The notes below the pieces were generated by a model that saw only the letters and a list, made by a program, of their open reading frames with translations, was not told the origin of the DNA and did no database searches. DNA of 63,978 nucleotides, the filler included, from Nemertoderma westbladi (Eukaryota > Animalia > Xenacoelomorpha), in assembly GCA_032718475.1 (NCBI GenBank). It is 3 parts of 3 records of this genome, joined end to end, with 100 filler letters (N's around TTAATTAATTAA, not from the genome) between each part and the next. Parts side by side here need not be neighbours in the genome. Positions count along the whole stretch, not along the records: positions 28,752 to 57,581 come from JAUCBJ010000353.1; positions 57,682 to 63,978 come from JAUCBJ010000599.1; 1 more part is not named here. One strand, written 5' to 3'. Below are positions 49,105 through 59,523 of the stretch, one piece after another. The translations under genes were made by a program, and so were the position numbers. Position 1 is the stretch's first letter; the number at the start of each line of letters is the position of its first letter.

Positions 49105-50274
49105 TGTAAAAGCTTCTGTGGGATATAACTGGCCCCTTTTGCTTCGCAATCCAGTTTCCCCCCAGGCGCTGGAATACTCTAAAAAGGTTCTCAAACTGTA
49201 TATATATTCCCCTCGCCCGCAAGGTACCGTTACAGGTGTTTTAACGGACATAAAAGTCATTCTGCTATATACGTGTTTTGGCGGACATGGTAAGGCAAAA
49301 AACCTGTAATGCACCAACTACCTTTCATAGCTTAGCCGTGATGATTCATATTACGACATCTAACAGCTGGTTGCTGACATGGAAACAGCCATTGGACGCA
49401 CGGTTCTTTGTTTGGCTTGAGCCAAACACTTTTACTTGATACTTTGTTGTTATTGCTGTCTAAGCCAGAAACACCGGCTTTTTGGTAAGAACTCTAGTAA
49501 ACTGCTTAGATTATAGAAAGTATAACTGTTACCGGCGGTGTTACCTCACTTAATTTAACTGCACTAATCATATTGTTTGTACTGCTATTTACCGTCAGTT
49601 ATTAATTGTATCTATTTGTTGATGGAAATATTGCTCTTTGGAGAATACGGATAAATCACCCAAAAATTCCCAATTTTCTTGATACACTACAGGTTAGAGA
49701 GGCGGGCTATATATAACAATTGCGATTTATATCAATGTGGTGTGTATTGAATCTAATGTTATTTAGTAGACACTACCTGAGTCAATTGCTGTGCTCTTTA
49801 TGTGTGATCAAATATACTGACGGTCGGCAGAATAGTGTGCATGATTGTGAGTGTGATGTGACTGGTAACAAAGCATTTCCTAAAGAATGCGACTTATACT
49901 TTAATCATAAGCCTTATCGTTGCGTTTAGTATAAGTCCTAGCTCTGTTTAAATAGATAGAGCGCCACGTCCTAAAGGAACTGTTAATATTTCCCGAAAGT
50001 TAATAATATCTGTCAGAAATTAATTATTAGTGATCTATCGAATAATACAATAGGTTTACACTGCAACCTTACACTGCAATAATAAAATCTAAGCATCCGA
50101 ATTCAGCCTCCCGGGTGTAGATCCATCGGGTGAATGATCGCGCATGGGCTGGCTTCGGCTAATGTTTTGTTTATTAGCATAAAATATTGTCGTATGCTAA
50201 AGGTGTGTTAATTAACTAAAAGACATATAAATTTTGGCAGGTTAAACTGCTAAAGGTCTTCAAAAGCGCGAACA
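49105..50274 (+). repeat. 3' LTR of element 2 (1170 bp)
   Basis: Matches the 5' LTR by eye except that 68 bp are replaced by ACA at 49426-49428. Confidence 0.95.
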
Positions 50275-51297
50275 GACATTCAATTTCATTGAATCCAGGG
50301 CAAGAGTTTGTGTTGTATCCTGTTAAAGGAGCTATCAGCTGCGTAAAATGTTATTTGGGAGAGAGACTTGGCAATTGGTGAAATCCATTCAACTGAATGG
50401 CACAGTAGAGAATTGATTCTGGGTTACAACTAATATGCAATCAATGACAAATTCTCGTTGATTTGCACACCGACGTCTAATAATTGGCTGGAGTGTGTTC
50501 GAGGGCAATGGATATTGAGCTCAACATGTTAAGATCTTACATATTCTTAATTATCTCGAGAATTAATTAATTAATTAACGTGTAACTTTCCTATTCCATG
50601 GCCGATACACATATAAACCACAACCACCATACAAAGTATCGTAGCGATTCACCGGAGCGTTTAGGCGGAGATAGAGCTATGACAAACATACAACATTGAT
50701 AATGACTAGCTAATGTCACATGCTGCTGCTTGCATACTCTTCTAATACTGTTGGTATAATAACCCTTACATGATTTCACCCATTTCTCCATTCCTTGCAG
50801 CGTTTGGAACACTTTGTCTCTACCTTTACAGTAAGTGAAACAAAACCCTTACACTAGTTCGACCCCTATCTCCATTCCTTACATGATTTCAACGTCCAAT
50901 CAAATAATAGTTTATTAACCAATCCCAAGCACCAATTCGTGATGTGTTCCTACTTGTGTAAGGATTTGGAATACGCGGCCGGGCCAGGGCAGTATTCGTT
51001 TCGACACGAATGCTTTAAAGGGACTAGTCACGGCGCATATCTTCCTTGCATCCTTAAAGCTAAATTAGTACTGGAGTTCCATCTGGGAAGTTTATTTCAG
51101 GGGGGACCGCACTGGAAAATAAGTCGTGTGTGTTGTTGTGCGTAATAATACCTGCCCTAACGGACGTATAGAAAACTTCACTTTACTTTAGAGAGATAGA
51201 TAGTTATACATTATGCAAAAACAATAACAATAACAAATACACCAAACAATGTAAAATACTACTAATAGGATCGACATGCTGCATTGCAGCTGCATTT

Positions 51298-51525
51298 TTA
51301 AGAATGCTGTGCCGGCTTGTCCACCAAATTGCGCCGCCACAACTCCCTATCACCCATGACATTTGCTAGATCATCCGCATCTTCAAGGCCAGTGTCCTTT
51401 AAGATGCGTCTCAAGAAAGTCATGGGCTGTCCACCATGCTTATTCACTCCATGAGGCTGCCAAAGCACGTACTGTAGATAATGCACAACTTTTAATCGAT
51501 AGCGTGACAATTCGAGCCCCGCCAT
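51298..51525 (-). mobile_element. RTE-like LINE ORF2 C-terminal fragment
   Basis: VLWQPHG...GGQPMTF...KDTGL...MGDRELWRR resembles RTE C-termini. Confidence 0.6.
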
Positions 51526-51984
51526 GGTCGATCACTTCATCCAATAGGGTCGATATAGCAAAACTTGGGATAGGGGATAGCCCACCCCTAATATACATAG
51601 CTGTAGCTGTAGGCCTATGCCTTCTGTTTGCTTTTTTGTATATAAAATGTTATTTAAATTAAAATGAAGAGTCAGTTAGTCCGAAGGTCAATGGTCTGTG
51701 GCAAAGTTAAATTGCATAGTAATATATTATCAGGTGATCTGGTGCGGACAGGTTATAGCAGTTCTTTATGAAATTCAGAGACAAGAATAGGGGGGGGGGG
51801 GGGGGGGTGGGGGGGGACTCGACGTAAATCCCGTCTCCGTGAATTAATAGTAATGCAATGCAGAAGGCGAATTAATAACCTAATGCAGGTGATAAAATAT
51901 ACAGTAGAGCCCTGTTTTAACCATTTCCAGTACTGATAGCCCAGTTTCTCAATATTTATACCAAACTTTAAATATATCGATTAC

Positions 51985-52414
51985 ATCTTAATGACATTTG
52001 ATCACTTCCCGACCACTTAGTGGGTGAGCCATAATTTTTATTTTTGCTTTCAATCTTTAGCTACAATGGTTTGAAAATAGTGCCTCCGATGAAATTGCAC
52101 CAGTCACCCCGCAGTTAATATTCAACCTTCTTATAGTGATTTTGTTGGAACTGATGGAAAGCTGTTCGTGCAAGGATTCCACATATGCAAAACATTAGAA
52201 TTTGGTTAGGAAATAGCTGAGTGAGATATGAGCGTTCAACAGTTCATGGTTTTGAATGCTCCGTAATACAATGTACATATAATGTACTATAGTATGATTA
52301 AAGATGTAATGCATTGTTGTTGGATAAACAAAATGCTCCAGAGTATGATGCATTTAATAAATAGCCTTGTGCAGATGCAAAACCATGAACTTTTAAACAC
52401 TGAGATCTCAGCTA
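51985..52414. mobile_element. Partial palindromic (foldback) element related to 62761-63205, interrupted by a MITE
   Basis: Shares CCCGACCACT..TGGGTGAGCCA..TTTTGCTTTCAATCTTTAGCTACA and GAGATATGAGCGTTCAA with the 62.8-kb copy. Confidence 0.65.
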
Positions 52415-52417
52415 TTA

Positions 52418-52808
52418 GGGACCGTCCAAGTATGACGTCTGCACTTTTTCCCAAAATGTTGACCCCCTCCCTCCCCTAAATCAGATGTCATCAGATAGGC
52501 GTTGACCCCCCCCCCCCCCCCCCCCATCCCCTAAATCAGATTAAAAAAAATTTCGCGTCCTAATCACTGAAACATGGTGACTGGTAACTGAAACAGAAGG
52601 TCGTGCTACGGGCCTTCGGTGGGCTTCGAACAATTAAAATAGGCAAGCTATTTACTCTTCTGCTATATCTCTTCTAGCACCTATAAATAAACATGCTGAC
52701 GTCAGATTTTGGCTGACCCCCTCCCCTCCCCTCATCAGCACGTCATCAGATTTTCCCAACCCCCCCCCCCCCCACCCTAAAGTGCTGACGTCATACTTGG
52801 ACGGCCCC
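52418..52808. mobile_element. PIF/Harbinger (Tourist-like) MITE, 391 bp
   Basis: TIRs GGGACCGTCCAAGTATGACGTC and GACGTCATACTTGGACGGCCCC; TTA TSD on both sides. Confidence 0.88.
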
Positions 52809-53378
52809 TTATACGACGAAATTCAAATGTCGCTCCGGTATTTCGTGTTTCACGTAAACCGATTTTAGGTTTTTATGATAGGCCTACTGCGCTTACAATA
52901 CTCTCTGATAAAGGTCATGTGAAGAAGGGCACTGCCAATAAGTACGACTGTCAGAATGTTTTAATTATTTCTCACAAATATAACTTATAGACGGAAGCTG
53001 TATCTCTTGAGTGACAAAACATGACCCGTACCCATTTTAGACATGAACCGATAATACTACTGCGCTGTTTTACGGTGTTTTTGGCACAGAGTTATAAATA
53101 AGATAATAATTATATCCAATAACCCAAAATTACATTTCGAAAGCGTGTTATTTGAATAATTCGATCTCCAGAAAATATAAATTTAATAAACTACCACCAA
53201 CCAGCACCACACAAAATTACACATAATGTGCTTCTGATAATAATTTACTGTAGTGTTAATTTGCAATTTAAGATTAAACCAATCCATCTAACGGTTCTAT
53301 TACAACATGTGAAACATACAGTACGTCCCAACACAGAGTCTTGCAGATTAATGGTGACCGACTGTTTTATTGACTTCC

Positions 53379-55028
53379 TCACAGCTCATCACTTCTATCT
53401 CGACAGTTCTTCACGCCATCCCCAACCTTAGCGGCGTCAATACAAACACCAGAATCGTGACACTTGAATACCCTAGATGGATCTTCCACGTCACAACACG
53501 CACCATCTAGAGACATGTCTTTGCAATTATCTTTACCTTTGCACATCTTGTGGGTTGGGATGCATTTCCCCGTTTTAGGACAACGGAATTTACGACTTGC
53601 TTTGCAACAGGACGCTTCGTCACTCCCATCTTCGCAATCACTCGCTCCGTCACACAACTTGTTGTAAAAAATACATTCCCCGGATCCACAACGCCAGTTC
53701 TTCAACCCCGGGCACGGGCAATTCTTCTCGTCGCTGCCATCATTGCAATCGCTGACACCGTCGCAACGTTGATCAGTCAACACACATTGAATACCGTCGG
53801 CACATCGAGAGCCATAGGGAGATACACACGGGCAAACATCACCTTCATCGGAATTGTCACCACAATTATTTTCTTTATTGCATTTATCTCCCTTTGGAAT
53901 ACAATGACCATTATCACATTGGAACTCACCAGGTAAACAGTGGTTGCCTCCCTGTCGTACAGCTGTTTGACATTCTGAATTATCTTCTGGACAGACACAA
54001 TTACAATTCTTATCGATATACGATGGTTCTTCGCAGTGGATGTTCGCGTAATCGCAGTAGGTCCCGCAGTCTGGGTTATCCTCTGGACAAACACATTGGC
54101 AGTCTTCTCCGATGTAACCAGGGTATCGGCAGTGAACACTTTGCACATCGCAATCTCGTTCACATGGCGGATAACCTGGGGGGCAGTAGCATTGGCATTG
54201 GGTGTCTATAAATCCCGGCTCCAGACATCCGGTTTCCTCGGATCGTGGACATGTCCTTCCGCAATCAGCTCCTTCTGGACAAACACACTCGCAATTCTTA
54301 TCGAGGTAACCTGGTCGGTCGCAGACAACCGCATCAAAATCGCAATGCGATGCGCAACTGTACATGAGATTGATCTCCTTAGCGTCGTAAAAAGATAAAC
54401 CTCTCTTTGTCAGTTTGACAAATCCTTTTTGGCCAGGAGACATGGGAACTTTAGGAGTAAATTTTTTATTGACAACGGAATAGAAATCGTAAGGCAGATT
54501 GTAATTGTTTCCAAGGGCCTTAAGGGTACCAATTTCCTCGTAATTTGGTTTCACACCTTTGTATTCCATGTACATAAATCGTTCTCGGTCCAGCCGCTGG
54601 AATTCGTGCTTGAATCCCAGTAAATGGCCGACCTCGTGGAGGACATTGTTCTTGGAGTAACAACCTTTTGAAAGTGATAGTTTATTGATCCCCTCACTAT
54701 AACCTATTCTCGACCAGCACCCACCCTCGTTCACAAACTTTAGTTCCCCTTCGTAGCTCACTTGTGATAAAATATTACTCCTTTTTTTAACAAACTTTAT
54801 GCAGGATTTATCTTCTATCTCTTTAAATGCTCTGCTTATTAACAATTTCCTCCTCGCAGTAAAGACTTGCGATCTGGTGTAAGAATAGGGTATTACGACA
54901 ATTGGGTGTTCTTCCGAACTCAAACTGTATTTCGGCCAACGCTTGTCCATGTCTACAACACCTTTGCCTTGGACTTGGAAAACGAAACCACAAAGCATTA
55001 CTAGCGAAACGGTTATTGTGACACTCAT
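53379..55028 (-). CDS. Secreted astacin-like metalloprotease with four EGF-like Cys repeats and five LDLa repeats; intronless
   Basis: Signal peptide from ATG 55028; GCWSRIG; HEVGHLLGFKHEFQRLDR; C..PG[YF].D..C.C.CP repeats; CDG.SDC.DGSDE repeats. The Met-turn is degenerate. Confidence 0.9.
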   Translation of the reverse strand: MSVTITVSLVMLCGFVFQVQGKGVVDMDKRWPKYSLSSEEHPIVVIPYSYTRSQVFTARRKLLISRAFKEIEDKSCIKFVKKRSNILSQVSYEGELKFVNEGGCWSRIGYSEGINKLSLSKGCYSKNNVLHEVGHLLGFKHEFQRLDRERFMYMEYKGVKPNYEEIGTLKALGNNYNLPYDFYSVVNKKFTPKVPMSPGQKGFVKLTKRGLSFYDAKEINLMYSCASHCDFDAVVCDRPGYLDKNCECVCPEGADCGRTCPRSEETGCLEPGFIDTQCQCYCPPGYPPCERDCDVQSVHCRYPGYIGEDCQCVCPEDNPDCGTYCDYANIHCEEPSYIDKNCNCVCPEDNSECQTAVRQGGNHCLPGEFQCDNGHCIPKGDKCNKENNCGDNSDEGDVCPCVSPYGSRCADGIQCVLTDQRCDGVSDCNDGSDEKNCPCPGLKNWRCGSGECIFYNKLCDGASDCEDGSDEASCCKASRKFRCPKTGKCIPTHKMCKGKDNCKDMSLDGACCDVEDPSRVFKCHDSGVCIDAAKVGDGVKNCRDRSDEL

Positions 55029-57216
55029 TTTTAAGTGCTTTACTATAGTCAGATACAATGTGAAGAAATTTTGCGGTGTAAATAGATCTACTGTATATTA
55101 ATCAAATTATAGTACAGTACGTTAACCAAACCCAAGCACACTCGCAACAAACATACAGTAGAAACATACAATCAATCATCTATTATTATGTTATCTATAT
55201 TTTCGGTTCACAGATACACTTTTCGGTGTCAGCCACGTGTTAATGCCATGCTGTCTAATAATATTTATTCCTTAATAAAGCCCGACGTTGGTACAGTATT
55301 ATGGTAGCCTACAATACAATCAAAGTAAACTTATAAATTCATAGCACACACTGTGCGTATTAGTTAGTACAGTATAACAAACAGTAATATCTTAAGTATT
55401 ATTTACATTATTGTTTGGAAAGTTGAATTTTCAACGTTATGATCCGAGTGTATTTATGTAGCAGGCGAGCGCAGCGAGGGAAGTTTACATAAATAAACAG
55501 GAGCTTTTTTTAGGCCGAAGAGTTGATAAAATTGATACTTTTAATTAAAAGCGATGCACTTAATTTAATTACATTATGTCAACTTAATGGAGTCCCGAAG
55601 GCTTAATTAATCCTGTCGCTTATATTCAGACACTGTAGTTGCGGCTTTAAAGTAAAACTAGCAATTCATTAAATGTTGAATTTATATGAGAAAAGAAAGC
55701 TCAAGGAGTCGAATTATATCTGCAGCGAACCAGATATGTTTTCTCACATACACACAACAAACCCACTCCAGTAACAAGTACGACATTCACAAAAACCCCA
55801 ACCCATTATTGTAGATAACAACAGGAAAAATTAATTAACCCTTAGTTCACAAAAAAAACAAACAAAATGGTTTAATATACAGGTGACCACGCAACTTAGT
55901 CTATTATGTGAGTTCTTCTGGAGCACCATGACAATAATAATAATAGTTTTACTAACTCTCTTATTTGTACGCATACAGTTCACGGTGTGCAGTATTATTA
56001 TTGAAAGAAAATAAAGTGCTATAAAATGCCGAGGTTGTAATTGTTCAATGGCTTTTATTTCCGTCCAATTCGTAATCAATAAATATAATTAGAAAATAAT
56101 ATCAAATTAATCGAAAAGATATCGCAACAAATATCCTTTAAACCTGCTAACCTTCCTATTCATGTTACTATATAGACCATGCGGGGTAATTACATCAAGT
56201 ATTGATGTTCTTGAAGAGTTTCTCACTGCTAATCAATGATATGCATCTCGTTACTATGTAATCCCGCTTGGAGGATAAAGTCACTGCCGGTTATCGCACA
56301 CCACGAAATTGATTATATTTAATTAGTTTTTTTTATACTAATAGTTGTTTCTCTCCGAAAATTTATGCCGCCAATCTTTACGAACTGAAGTATGATTGAA
56401 ATATGCGTCACGATAAAGTGGGATTTGGGTGAAAAAGTAAGTTTAATTTGTTGAATATATCTGCAGGCACAGAATACTGTTAAACAGTCTAAGAAATAAT
56501 AAATTCTCTAGTGGATAGTGGACTGGGTGGGACACACAGAAACTCATTATCCTATTGTGTAATCGACTATAACATGTTCCTGCCAAACATCAAACCTGAT
56601 CTTGTCGTTCTGCTCAGAATAGTTTGAGAGCAATCTCATCTATTTAACTCTAATAGTAATAATCTCACAATTTTCCTCTCAGGATGTTGGGTATGCATAT
56701 GTTTGACATACTGTAGTTCCATGTAAACTGTTCTTTCATCACTGGCATTACATAAAGTTTCTAAAAAGGCTATTTGTACAAAGAAACTAAAATCGAACTC
56801 CTAAATGAAGCTACTACAGTATATAACACTACAACAACTCCAGTCTGATGTGACACCGCGCATACTATAATAATGATTCATAAATGTTACCTTCCATCGA
56901 TATGACTGTAATACACCATGAATCGTAATATATTGTCATTTTCTGATAACACGGACCGACAATTTTTCTAGAAATCTTTATCACATTGCTTGAAATTTTG
57001 AAAACAACTACTATAGTTCAACTCATCGTCGATTTCCCCATGAAGCCGGAATTTTATATTTCGCCCTTAAATTTTTTATTTAAAAAAGTGTCTTTTGTGA
57101 AATTGCATCCTTCGAATCGCTGTTATTCCAGTTATAGATCATATCCGTACCTGTTGTATTTTCGTATGTTGCAAAAATAAGACTGTAACCTACAGACCTA
57201 TATTATTGAGGTATCG

Positions 57217-57330
57217 TTTATTGTTTTGGTTAGAAAAGCCCACCACTGTAACCTGCTCATTTCCGTTAATTAAGAAATCTAGTTTTGTTTATTGTTTTGG
57301 TTAAAAAACACCGCCACTGTAACCTGCTCC
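57217..57330 (+). repeat. Dispersed short repeat (TTATTGTTTTGGTTA...CTGTAACCTGCTC)
   Basis: Tandem pair here; further copies near 58225-58345 and, inverted, near 930-1045 and 16385-16435. Confidence 0.7.
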
Positions 57331-57581
57331 TTTTGCCACAGGTACGCATATGAAAAATAACCGTTATTCCTCACATTAACAACATCAGATGTTAATGTTC
57401 GGTGTTGGTACCATTGAGAGCTTGCGGTACAAGGATTGCATATGTAACAATGTCTGAGTTTCGTTGAGAAACAGCTGATATCTAGGCGTTCAAAGATTGC
57501 AGGAATTATCATTCCTGATAAAATAATCCCAGACAACGGCACGGATGCTAATGTGAAGAATTGAAAGACTGCAGGTGCAAT

Positions 57582-57681
57582 NNNNNNNNNNNNNNNNNNN
57601 NNNNNNNNNNNNNNNNNNNNNNNNNTTAATTAATTAANNNNNNNNNNNNNNNNNNNNNNNNNNNNNNNNNNNNNNNNNNNN
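57582..57681. other. Artificial assembly spacer
   Basis: 44 N + TTAATTAATTAA + 44 N. Confidence 0.97.
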
Positions 57682-57757
57682 TAACTATGTGACATAATTT
57701 CAATTTTACGTTGTGTACCTTCTATCTACCAAGTGTAATAATATAAGTTATAATAAG

Positions 57758-59065
57758 TAGTGTTGAGAACTGAATCAATTTTGACTAATTTCAGTTACAG
57801 TTACAGTTTCAGTATTCAAAGTTTTGCATTTCAGTTACAGTTACAGTTTCAGTATTACAAAGTGTAACATTTCAGTTACAGTTACAGTTTCAGTATTACA
57901 AAATTGAGCATTTCAGTTTCAGTTACAGTTTCAGTTATAGATTCAATATATATGATCTCATGTAGTAAGCAGTCATCTGAAACTAAAAATGAGGGACTTT
58001 AATATATTACTGTTATATACGCTAATAATAATGTTCATTACGAAACGTCCTCTTTCTAGAGCTAATAGGTAGTTGTTGTAGGAAAGTTGGACCCACGCTA
58101 TGGTAATATTTTGTAACTAATATACTGATAGTATGTAATGAAAGTGGCACGTCACAAGATCACACTAAATGCACCCACATTTTACTGTACATCTTGTTTC
58201 AGTGCTTGTACAGTACTGTTATCATTTATTGTTTTGGTTATAAAGCCATGCTTCTGAATCCTGCTCATTTTCCTTAATTCGTAATTTGTTTTAGTAATCA
58301 TATATTTATTGTTTTGGTTAGACCCACCTCGATAAGCTGCTCCTTTCACTTTTAAGTTTAATTTTGTAATTTATAATGGTAAACTTGATCAAAATTTAAT
58401 TTCCAGTGTGCCTCTAGTGTGATTGTGATATTAATAGTACCGGTAAAAACATTAATAATTAATAATGTAAAATATATATCCGTTAATCTCCCTCTACCAT
58501 TAGGCCTAACTTTTCTTTGTTTATCTAAAACATTTACATTTAATATGAAGCAAAAGTGGTGATAAGGCTGATAATAGTCTAATAGTTGAGACAGATAAAC
58601 ATAGACTATATGCTACTGTAGATCTTCGTTCACTACTTGATTCGCCAAATAAATCACATTTGAGCTAAGTGGGCAATGGGTCTTTGATTTTATATTGTGT
58701 AATAGTATGGTTTTGTTCAGAAGTGAAAAAATGAGATTGTTTTTTTATAACAATGTTTTACAAATGATACCTATGGTAACCACTGTTATTCATTTATTAA
58801 ACTATACTCTATACTATATTACAATACTGTTTTAAATGCTCATTCATGTTAATTGTGTGATTGAGAACTGAATCGGATTTTGTTAATTTCAGTTTCAGTT
58901 TCAGTTACAGTATTCAAAATACGTAATTACAGTTTCAGTTACAGTTACAGTATTCAAAATTCGAAATTACAGTTACAGTTATAGTTACAGTATCAAAAAA
59001 ATCATCAAAACCATTCAGTTACAGTTGCAGTTACAGTATAATTACAGTTACAGTTCTCAACACTA
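57758..59065. mobile_element. Non-autonomous hAT-type element, 1308 bp
   Basis: TIRs TAGTGTTGAGAACTG and CAGTTCTCAACACTA; perfect 8-bp TSD ATAATAAG (57750-57757, 59066-59073); subterminal (CAGTTA/CAGTTT)n arrays. Confidence 0.9.
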
Positions 59066-59523
59066 ATAATAAGTTAATAGTTAATACAGTAATAAGTGCT
59101 TTCTTTTATTCTTATATGTTAGATATCGAGTATTAAATAAATAAATAAACATAAAAACAAGCCAATAGGAAGATTCCTTTCCTGAAGTTGTTGTTACTTT
59201 GCTATTTTGATTGGTCGATGATGCACGCGAGGCGAAGGTTTGCTGCTTATGTGTCAGTGTAGACTGCTCACTGCTGCACTGGAGCACTGTACCGGAGTCT
59301 GATCGCTTCGCTATACCATATACTCTATACCATACCAGCATACTGGCATGCTGCATGTACTCGTACTGCCATAGTGCTGTAGTGCAGTACAGCTCAGTAG
59401 TGTACCTGTATACGGTATCGTATTACCGTTTAGCCGGTAGCGTAGTACAGACTACTGGACTACAGTAATAGTATCAGAGTATAGACTGATAGAGGCTGGT
59501 TTTCTGTTTGTAATTTATCTAAA

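Larger units (their letters stand above)
38570..50274 (+). mobile_element. BEL/Pao LTR retrotransposon, element 2; non-autonomous (gag-protease plus RNase H remnant, plus decayed extra ORF)
   Basis: LTRs 38570-39804 and 49105-50274 (TG...CA); TSD GACAT (38565-38569, 50275-50279); PPT-like GGGAGCGG. Confidence 0.95.
37616..50979. mobile_element. Non-autonomous DNA transposon with about 215-bp TIRs (37616-37830 and 50765-50979); about 1.65 kb once element 2 is removed
   Basis: GCCGCGTATTCCCAATCCTTACAC... versus ...GTGTAAGGATTTGGAATACGCGGC, colinear inverted homology; possible 8-bp TSD CGGGCCGG/CGGGCCAG. Confidence 0.8.
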
